From: an uncultured Planctomycetota bacterium | GTDB lineage: Bacteria; Planctomycetota; Planctomycetia; Isosphaerales; Isosphaeraceae | DNA: 64,000 bases | Reading direction: 5' to 3' | Assembly: GCA_963737655.1 (NCBI GenBank) | Contig: CAVTTN010000002.1 | Coordinates: 5,779,188-5,843,187 of the forward strand | Shown: positions 41,501 to 47,870 of the stretch, piece by piece | Numbering within the stretch: position 1 is the first letter of the stretch | How the letters are laid out: every line of letters starts with the position of its first letter | Program-made: the position numbers and the translations under genes | The notes under the pieces: generated by a model | The model's input: the letters and a program-made list of their open reading frames with translations, nothing else | The model's database searches: none | What the model was told of the DNA's origin: nothing

Positions 41501-42097
41501 AGAACGGGCCACGAGCTGGGCTCGGCTCGCCCGGGATGGACCTATCCTTCGGGGGAGTGGGTCCAGGAATGCGCCTCGCTGATGGCGCTGGAGGAGCGGC
41601 TCCCGGCCCTGCTCCGGGGCGAGGATTCCCCGAAAGACAATGCCGAGCGGTTGACTCTCGGGCAGGTTTGCTACAGCACCAAGAGGTACGCCGCCTCGGC
41701 GCGGTTGCGGGGCGAGGCGATGGAGCGTGATCCCAGGCTCGGCGAGGATCGCAAGGCCGGGCATCGTTACGACGCGGCGTGCTCGGCGGCTTTGGCCGGG
41801 TCGGGCCAGGGGATTGATGAGCCGAAGCCCGATGAGGCCGCCCGCGCCGGGTTGCGGGCGAAGGCTTTGGGATGGCTTCGCGAGGAACTGGCCGCGTGGG
41901 CGAAGGTCGTCGAGGGGGGCAAGGCCGAGGATCGGGCCGTCGTGGCGAAGACCCTGGACCACTGGAAGGCGGACGCCGACCTCGCCGGGATTCGCGACCC
42001 CGAGGCCCTGGCGAAGCTCCCGGAGGCGGAGCGGGAGGCGTTCCGCAAGCTCTGGGCGAACGTTGAGGTGCTCTTGATGGGAGTAGCGGGGCGGTGA
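38537..42097 (+). CDS. Ser/Thr protein kinase with TM segment and nine TPR repeats
   Basis: ASGGMGAVYRC, LALKIL, HRDLKPLNVMV, DWGLAK. These are followed by a TM segment (LTAALAASILLAGAIGGGSFLAF) and nine 34-aa TPR units. ATG 38537 after GAGGAGG; the listed GTG 38477 lies inside the repeat. Confidence 0.9.
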   Translation: MSEPTPTDSALTPGSDEMAGPSAETAPHAEAIRRSGGATTPGRPPADEDPAARFGRYQVLERIASGGMGAVYRCRDDDLNRDLALKILLAGHRDRPELDRRFLEEAQICGQLQHPGIVPIHEMGRSDDGRPFFVMKLVKGRTLSKLLQERSDPTDGLPQFLKIYEQICQAVAYAHSKGVIHRDLKPLNVMVGAFGEVQVMDWGLAKVLGRRDEGPTDAGLQASTVRTVRTEDGGDATGHGSFLGSPPYCPPEQARGDVASLDERADVFALGSILAAILTGEPAYTGRSSQELLTKAITADLADVRLRLDRSGAEPELIAIATRCLAPIAADRPRDAGAVASLVSAHLAGVQERLRLAEIARVEATARAEHEQKARILHEAIAHEAQARAVQERRARRLTAALAASILLAGAIGGGSFLAFRLDRQAKLAESDRILGEALTRAESARDEARRAPPGDANAWPRAIRAAESARDALAGRPARPELASRIAQVVADAQRAEADRRLADRLDEARLRGAALKDNHFDTEAMLRDYAAAFREASLSPGERPASEIIARLAGSAEAARIAGALDDWIKYPAAEPIRDDLVAVAEGIDPASNALRRAIRSADRATLVGLTTGNAALRLSPAGAESAAWALMQMGLAEEAIGVLSRARSRQPGDFWLNQDLGMALAEASPPRLEEAARYLTAAAALRPESPGVHLNLGILLSDTGHEAEAEGPFREAIRLEPKYAEPHFNLGYVLLKTGRVSDAEAEFREAIRLEPKLARAHCNLGNLLSETGRVSDAEAEFREAIRLEPKLARAHWNLGVLLSETGRVSDAEASYRETIRVDPRLANAHYNLGVLLSRSGRVSDAEAEFREAIRLEPKLARAHSNLGALLSETGRLSDAEASYRETIRLDPKDATAHSSLGVLLMRSGRLSDAEASYREAIRVDPRLANAHYNLGVLLSRSGRVSDAEAEYREVIRLDPEYAEAHCNLGRLLRRQGRFRQALEELRTGHELGSARPGWTYPSGEWVQECASLMALEERLPALLRGEDSPKDNAERLTLGQVCYSTKRYAASARLRGEAMERDPRLGEDRKAGHRYDAACSAALAGSGQGIDEPKPDEAARAGLRAKALGWLREELAAWAKVVEGGKAEDRAVVAKTLDHWKADADLAGIRDPEALAKLPEAEREAFRKLWANVEVLLMGVAGR
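40604..41521 (+). repeat. nine tandem 102-bp TPR-coding units, units 2-8 near-identical at DNA level
   Basis: Units such as PKLARAH(C/W/S)NLG.LLSETGR(V/L)SDAEA(E/S)(F/Y)RE(A/T)IRLE. For example, ~41001-41090 and ~41301-41390 are almost identical nucleotide strings. Confidence 0.9.
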
Positions 42098-42118
42098 GGG
42101 GGAATCTTGCGGGGTCCA

Positions 42119-42436
42119 GCTCTCGAACCTGGAATGTCTCGGGTGCCCCCGGTTCTCGAACCGGGACGGCGCAGCCGCAAGAGGCCAATCCGAAGCCGCT
42201 CACCATGCCTCTTGCGGCTGCGCCGCCCCGGTTCAAGAACCGGGGGCACCCCGATAACTCCACGGAGGAGCCATGGTCTCGCTCCGGAATCTGGACCTTC
42301 CCGGGTGCCTCCGTTTTTGAACCGGGGCGGCGCAGCCGCAAGAGGCCATTCCAAAGCCGCTCACCCTGCCTCTTGCGGCTGCGCCGCCCCGGTTCAAGAA
42401 CCGGAGGCACCCTTGGGAAGATCCAGGTTCGAGAGC
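42119..42436. repeat. composite nested palindrome: two ~110-nt hairpins enclosed by a 15-bp outer inverted repeat (family F)
   Basis: Hairpin 1 has arms 42141-42185 and 42207-42251 (43/45 pairs). Hairpin 2 has arms 42303-42346 and 42368-42412. The outer arm GCTCTCGAACCTGGA (42119-42133) pairs with TCCAGGTTCGAGAGC (42422-42436). Confidence 0.9.
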
Positions 42437-42549
42437 GACACCCGCTGGACCCAATCTTGCGGCTTGAGGGGTTTCGCGGTGGCCTGGCGGTGGCTTGCCG
42501 GGGATAATGGTCGGCGCGCCGATGCCCTTCCTCTGGAGGATCTCCGACG

Positions 42550-43053
42550 ATGACCGCTCGCCTGATGCCCGTGATGGGCCTTGCCCTGATGGTCCTCGTC
42601 GCCGGCTGCGACGAGCCCAAGAAGAAGTCCGCCAAGGCCCCGGTCAAGTCTCGAGAGACCATCGGCAAGACCACTCAGAATGTCCTGAAGCTCGACGACG
42701 AGCTCAAGAACGGCGCCGTCCTGGCCTCCACCACCATCGCGGCGACCGACCCCCTCACGCAGTCGGCCGACGCCTACAAGACCACCGTCGGCAAGATCGG
42801 CGCGATGGCCGTCGAGCAGGCGATCCAGATCCGCAACGCCCAGTCGATCCAGGACCCCAAGCCGCTGTCCTATGACGAGTTCATGGCCGAGATCATCAAG
42901 AAGGGCCAGAACGACGGGATCAACCTCGCCATGCTGCCCTACTACCAGGAATACGCCTGGGACGAGGCCACGCAGAAGCTCGTGGTGATCGAATATCCCA
43001 AGAAGAAGAAGGACTTCCAGGACCAGCAGGACGAGAAGCTCGGCCGGAAGTGA
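42550..43053 (+). CDS. lipoprotein, hypothetical
   Basis: Signal peptide with lipobox MGLALMVLVAGC|D, followed by a K/E/Q-rich soluble domain. Confidence 0.7.
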   Translation: MTARLMPVMGLALMVLVAGCDEPKKKSAKAPVKSRETIGKTTQNVLKLDDELKNGAVLASTTIAATDPLTQSADAYKTTVGKIGAMAVEQAIQIRNAQSIQDPKPLSYDEFMAEIIKKGQNDGINLAMLPYYQEYAWDEATQKLVVIEYPKKKKDFQDQQDEKLGRK

Positions 43054-43828
43054 CCGCCTCGTCGCTCGGGCCGGAGATGGAACCGCCAAGCCGCCAGGAG
43101 CGCCAAGGGGGGAAGAGGAGAGGGGACGAGAGGAGGATCTCCAGAACTCTCTTCCTTTCCCCTCCTCCCCCCCTGGCGCTCCTGGCGGCTTGGCGGTTCC
43201 ATCTCACCGCATCCGATTGTTCGCGCATCCCCCCGAGGTCGATCTGCCCCGGGCTGATCCTGGTGATCTTCCAGACTTTCGGCTCGACCTCCTTCAGCCC
43301 GAACGACCAGCCCATCCCGCTCGGCGGGGTGGCGAAGGGCTGGAACGGCTGGAGCTTCTGGCCCATCGTGTGAGCCAGGAATTCGGCCGTGGCGACCCGG
43401 GAGATCGGCCGGACCTCGGCCTTCAGCCGGGTGATCCTCAGGTAGTCGAACTTGAAGTCGCGGAGGTTCTCCTTCAGCCACTCGGCCATCCTGTCGCCGC
43501 GAAGCTGCCCGGTCACGATCGAGATCATCCGGTTGGTGGACTCGCTGCCGACTTCCAGGGTGCAGCTCGGGTCGAGATAGGCCGCCGCCGCGTCGCCGTC
43601 GGACTCCGCCACGGCCTTGGCCAGCCCGTACACCACGTCCTCGACCCGCTCGTTGTCCGTGACCCAGACGTATTCGATCCCCACCACCAGCAACGCCAGG
43701 CCCAGGGCGATCCCGGCGCGGATCAGGTACTTCCCCTGCTGGGTGATCTTCAAGGCCACGAGGAACACCAGCCCCAGCGCCGCCAGGCCGCCGGCCAGGT
43801 ACGTGGGATCTTCCGAGAGGTACTCCAT
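42920..43828 (-). CDS. hypothetical membrane protein (3' end uncertain: the frame reads through repeat 43075-43205)
   Basis: ATG 43828 (MEYLSEDPTYLAGGLAALGLVFLVAL...), two TM segments, then a soluble domain up to ...KITRISPGQIDLGGMREQ. The last ~90 codons are low-complexity, lie in the repeat and overlap the convergent gene 42550..43053. Confidence 0.55.
   Translation of the reverse strand: MEYLSEDPTYLAGGLAALGLVFLVALKITQQGKYLIRAGIALGLALLVVGIEYVWVTDNERVEDVVYGLAKAVAESDGDAAAAYLDPSCTLEVGSESTNRMISIVTGQLRGDRMAEWLKENLRDFKFDYLRITRLKAEVRPISRVATAEFLAHTMGQKLQPFQPFATPPSGMGWSFGLKEVEPKVWKITRISPGQIDLGGMREQSDAVRWNRQAARSARGGGGERKRVLEILLSSPLLFPPWRSWRLGGSISGPSDEAVTSGRASRPAGPGSPSSSWDIRSPRASAWPRPRRIPGSRAAWRG
43075..43205. 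repeat. inverted repeat family D (AACCGCCAAGCCGCCA... arms, purine/pyrimidine core)
   Basis: GAGATGGAACCGCCAAGCCGCCAGGAGCGCCAAGGGGGG ... CCCCCCTGGCGCTCCTGGCGGCTTGGCGGTTCCATCTC (one 1-nt indel), enclosing a GA-rich then CT-rich core. Confidence 0.9.
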
Positions 43829-44058
43829 GACGGACGGCTCCTCGGGGCGAGAGGTGGGATGGGCGACGGCCTCGGACAGATGTGATACACCCATTCTAGG
43901 GCCGCCCCGGGCGTCGGCAAGGGGCCCGATCTCCCTCGATCGGTCGGTCGGGCGTGGCTAGGATGGAGGCCGGGCCCGATCCTCGACCCTTGCCCATTGG
44001 AATTCCGGCTCCCGCCCGGTAATCCTCTCACGACGCGGCCGAATCCGGAGCGCGAATC

Positions 44059-44340
44059 ATGGCCACGACGACCGAAATCCCCGCCAACCCGGTCTCGATC
44101 CTCGGCCGGGTGATCTCTCCCGAAGGGGAGCCCCTGCCCCGGGCCGCCGCCGAGGCGATCCTGACCTGGACCTTCGGCGAAAACGACCGCAAGAGGATGA
44201 ACGAGCTGGGGGCGAAGGCCCGGGAGGGGACGCTGTCCCCGGCCGAGGAGGCGGAGCTGGACGGCTACCTGACCGTCGGCCACCTCCTCACCATGCTCCA
44301 CTCCCGGGCCCGTCGAGCCTTGAATGCCGCCCATGACTGA
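44059..44340 (+). CDS. small antitoxin-like protein upstream of the HNH gene
   Basis: 93 aa (…LTWTFGENDRKRMNELGAKAREGTLSPAEEAELDGYLTVGHLLTMLHSRARRAL). Its stop overlaps the ATG of the next gene (ATGACTGA). Confidence 0.6.
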   Translation: MATTTEIPANPVSILGRVISPEGEPLPRAAAEAILTWTFGENDRKRMNELGAKAREGTLSPAEEAELDGYLTVGHLLTMLHSRARRALNAAHD

Positions 44341-44748
44341 ACGGGGCCGAGGATCAGCGATCGCAACGACGCGGTCCGACGGCGGGCCCGGGGCCGATGC
44401 GAATACTGCCGGATGCCCGAGGCGCTGGTCCCGTTCGGTTTCGAGATCGACCACGTCATCGCGAGCAAGCATGGCGGCGAGACGGCCCTGAAGAACCTCG
44501 CGCTCGCCTGCCCGTCCTGCAATCGTTACAAGGGCCCGAACATCGCGGGGATCGACCCCGTCTCGGGCCGGACGGTCCGGCTCTTCCACCCCCGCCGCGA
44601 TCGCTGGACGAAGCACTTCGAATGGGACGGGCCAAGGCTGATGAGCCTCACCCGGATCGGGAGGGCGACGGTGGAGACCCTCCGGATCAATCATCCGATC
44701 TCCGTCGCCACGAGAGAGGATCTGCTCGCCGAAGGCGTCTTCCCCTGA
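44333..44748 (+). CDS. HNH endonuclease (probable frame break at 44343-44346)
   Basis: AVRRRARGRCEYCRMPEALVPFGFEIDHVIASKHGGETALKNLALACPSCNRYKG. The CEYC zinc ligands lie upstream of listed Met 44413 in a frame with no start. ATG 44333 is one frame off. Confidence 0.75.
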
Positions 44749-45895
44749 CCGGGACGTCCCGCGGTCGCGATCGCCCAGAGGCACCTCAACGCGATCAGCC
44801 CGGCCGCGAGGATGGCCGCGATCGCCCACCAGGGGCGGCCGTCGGGGGCGAAGATGAAGAGGGTCCGGCCCGTCTTGACGTCCCAGACCCTCGACGTGCC
44901 GTCCTGGCTGGCCGAGGCGACCCTGGAGCCGTCGGGCGAGAACGCCACCGACCAGACCGGGTTCATCACCGGCGGGTCGGTCAAATGGACATAGCTTCCC
45001 CAGCTCTGGAGCTCGGTTTTCACCCGGCTCGTCTCGTGCCCCGAGAGGCTCGCGAGCTTCTGGCCGGTGGTCGCGTCCCAGACCGTCACGGGCACCTCGT
45101 CCCCTCCCGCCGCGACGAGCTTCCCATCTCGGGAGAAGGCCAGGGCCCGGGTGAATTCGGCGTCGAGGATCGGGCCGGGCGAGTCGGTCTCGAGGTCGAA
45201 AAGCTGGACGGGGAACCCCCGAAGCCCCCGGCCGGGCATGGTGACCTTCGCGGCCATCGTGGGGCCCGTGGGCGAGAGCGCCATCGCCTCCCACGACGCC
45301 GAAAGGGCCTTCAAGGGGACGAGGTGGCCGTCGGCCAGGTCCCAGACCTTCATCGGCAGCCCTCCGGCCGCGACGAACCGGCCGTCGGCGGAGATGGCCA
45401 CGGACGAGAGGCCGTATTTCTCCCGGGCGATCACCCGGCGGACCCGCGTCGGGACGTCCAAAACGCTGACCTCGCCGTCGCCCCCGGTCGCCGCCAGGCT
45501 CCGGCCGTCGGGCGAGAACGCGAGGCACCAGGCCCAGGCCCCCTGATCGGGGAACGCGGCGACCTCCCGGCCGGTCGCCGAGTCACGGAGCCGGACCACC
45601 CCGTCCGAACCCGAGGTGGCCAGCGACGAGCCATCGGGCCGATACGCCAGCCCGAGGAGCTTCCCGGCGCACCGGACCCGCCACCGGAGCCGCCCGGTCG
45701 CCGAGTCGTGGACCTCCACGACCCCGGAATTCGTCGGGCCCCGGACCACGCCCGCCACGGCCACGCTCCGGCCGTCGGGAGAGAACCTCACCGTGACGAG
45801 CGACCGGACCTCGGCCCGGTCAAGCCCCAGGCCGCCACCATCGCCGAGGCGCAGGCGATCGTTCCGACGAGGGGGAGTCGACGGGATTGGGACAT
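44691..45895 (-). CDS. WD40/beta-propeller repeat protein with signal peptide and C-terminal TM (frame break at ~45821)
   Basis: Repeats of the FSPDG(R/S).(V/L)A..G.DG.V.(V/L)WD type. The signal-like MSQSRRLPLVGTIACASAMVAAWGL (ATG 45895) is one frame off from listed ORF 44691..45791. Confidence 0.8.
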
Positions 45896-45953
45896 CTGTC
45901 CGAGGATAGCCCGGGAGGCGATGGAGGGCAAGACGGGTGCGAGAGCGGCGCCT

Positions 45954-47369
45954 TTACACGGCCAGCTCGCGCTCCAGGGCGTTGAGGACGTCGCCCATCG
46001 TCTCGAAGCCGGCGAGGAGGCGGTTGCGTTGCTCGTCCTTCAGCCAGGAGGCCACCTTCTTCTCGGCCGAGATCACCGTCGAGTGGTTCCTCCCGCCGAA
46101 GAACCGGCCGATCTCGCTGAAGGCGGCGCCGGTGTGCTTCCTGGCGAGGTACATGGCGAGCATCCTCGGGTGCGCCACGGCGTGGGACCGGGCGTCGGAC
46201 TTCAGCGCCTCGGGGTCGAGGTTGAAGAGGCGGCAGACGGCGCGTTCGATGTCCTTCAGGGCCACGGCCTGGGCGGTGTGGCGGATCGTGTCGCGGAGGG
46301 CCGTCTTCGCCAGGGCGAGGTCGAGCCTCTTGCCCGAGAGCAGCGCGTGGGCGATCAGGCTATGCAGGGCGCCTTCCAGCTCCCGGACGCTCGACCGCAG
46401 GCTATCGGCGAGGAACGCGAGGACGGCCTCGGGCACCGGGACCCCCCGGGCGGCGGCCTTGGCGCGGAGGATCGCCTTCCTCGTGGCCGGGTCGGGCATG
46501 TCGAGCTTCACGACCATCCCGCCGAGGAACCTCGTGGCGAGCTCGTCGGTGAGCTTGGCGACCTGCCGGGGGTGCCCTTCGCTGGCCAGGACGATCGGCG
46601 CCCCCTCGGCCACCAGGGCGTTGAAGGTGTGGAGGAACTCGTCCTGGGTCGCCCTCTTGGCGGCGAGGAAATGGACGTCGTCCACGATCAGGGCGGCGGC
46701 GCCTCGATAGCGAGCACGGAAGGCGTTCAGGCCGCCGGACCTCATCGCGTCGAGGAATCCATTGGTGAACGCCTCGGCGGTGACCTGGACGACGTTCCGC
46801 CCGGGGTTCGCGGCCCTCATCGCCTGGGCGATCCCGTCGAGGAGGTGCGTCTTGCCCAGCCCGACGGCCCCGTGGATGACCAGCGGGTTGAACGCCGATC
46901 CCATCGACCGGGCCATCTCCACCGAAGCGGCCAGGGCGAGGCGGTTGCCGGGCCCGGCGATGAAGTCGTCGAGCCTCCGGGGCGGGCGGCCCTGGGGGCG
47001 CGGCTTCTCGCGAGACGGTTCGGACTTCGTCGGCAAGGGGACCGTCGGAGAGGGCCGGTGGGCCGGGTCGGACGGCCGATCGATCTCGATCAGGTGGCCA
47101 TCGGGCCGGGGCTCGGCCTCCGCGTCGATCGAGAACGCCAGGCGCATCGGGCGGCCGACGACCGCCTCGGCCGCCTCGACGAGGCTGCCGGCGAAGTGGC
47201 CGCGAATCCTCTCGCGGAAGAAGCCGTTGGGCACGTCCACCGTCAGCGAGTCGCCGTCCACCCCGAAGCGGACCCCCTCGCCGAACCACAGGCCGAATTT
47301 CGCCTCGCCGATCTTCTCGGCCACGGCCTCGCGGAGGCGAGACTCGACGGCCATCTGGGTTGAAACCAT
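45954..47369 (-). CDS. dnaA: chromosomal replication initiator DnaA
   Basis: FNPLVIHGAVGLGKTHLL (Walker A), LIVDDVHFL, SSVRELEGAL and the domain IV motif HPRMLAMYLARKHTGAAFSEIGRFFGGRNHSTVISA. The frame is intact. Confidence 0.95.
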   Translation of the reverse strand: MVSTQMAVESRLREAVAEKIGEAKFGLWFGEGVRFGVDGDSLTVDVPNGFFRERIRGHFAGSLVEAAEAVVGRPMRLAFSIDAEAEPRPDGHLIEIDRPSDPAHRPSPTVPLPTKSEPSREKPRPQGRPPRRLDDFIAGPGNRLALAASVEMARSMGSAFNPLVIHGAVGLGKTHLLDGIAQAMRAANPGRNVVQVTAEAFTNGFLDAMRSGGLNAFRARYRGAAALIVDDVHFLAAKRATQDEFLHTFNALVAEGAPIVLASEGHPRQVAKLTDELATRFLGGMVVKLDMPDPATRKAILRAKAAARGVPVPEAVLAFLADSLRSSVRELEGALHSLIAHALLSGKRLDLALAKTALRDTIRHTAQAVALKDIERAVCRLFNLDPEALKSDARSHAVAHPRMLAMYLARKHTGAAFSEIGRFFGGRNHSTVISAEKKVASWLKDEQRNRLLAGFETMGDVLNALERELAV

Positions 47370-47609
47370 GACCCCCTCCCGGAGCGCTTCTCGGCGCGGA
47401 CGAATCGATGATGCGGCCGGCGCGGGATGTCCCGATCGCCCGGAAGGGGGAAGCTCTGGAGGTCGCGTCGAGGCGAAGGTCCGCCGGCCGAGGCAACTAT
47501 GCGCGCCGGCCGATGCGAGTCAAAGCGCCCAGGGGCCATTCTCCGGGCCCGAAGGCGCGATCGGGCGCGGAGTTCCGACGATGAGGCGCCTGGCGAGGGA
47601 CCAGAGGAC

Positions 47610-47822
47610 TAACCGCCAAGCCGCCAAGATCGCCAAGGAGGGGAGGAGGGAAGGAGAAGAGGAGAGGAGGGAGGGAGAAGAGGAGAGGAGGAAAAGAGTC
47701 GAGAAGAGGAGAAGAGACGAGAAGAGAGAAGACGAGAAACTGCTTTTCACTACATTTCCCATCTCCTCTCCTCCTCTCCTCTTCTCCTCCTCACCTTGGC
47801 GATCTTGGCGGCTTGGCGGTTA
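47610..47822. repeat. inverted repeat family D, large copy upstream of dnaA
   Basis: Perfect 29-bp arms TAACCGCCAAGCCGCCAAGATCGCCAAGG (47610-47638) and the reverse complement at 47794-47822. They enclose a ~95-nt polypurine (GA) tract followed by a polypyrimidine (CT) tract. Confidence 0.95.
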
Positions 47823-47870
47823 ATCTCCCCCGCCTCCCCGAACGATCTCGGCGGTGAGTCTCCCTCTCCC

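Noticed and set aside
42141-42412. Possible CRISPR array (repeated ~45-nt units separated by short unique segments).
   Set aside because: The units are inverted, not direct. There are only two hairpins, the supposed spacers are conserved loops, and no cas genes are present.
42119-42436. tRNA-like T-arm strings (GGTTCGAGAGC, GGTTCAAGAACC, GGTTCTCGAACC).
   Set aside because: They are parts of long perfect palindromes. No acceptor, D or anticodon arm arrangement can be drawn, and I found no convincing tRNA anywhere in the window.
46762-47823. 353-aa plus-strand ORF with an E/R/G/K-rich tail (…EGRREGEEERREGEEERRKRVEKRRRDEKREDEK…).
   Set aside because: It runs antisense to dnaA and then through the polypurine core of repeat 47610-47822. 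The charged tail is just translation of the GA tract.
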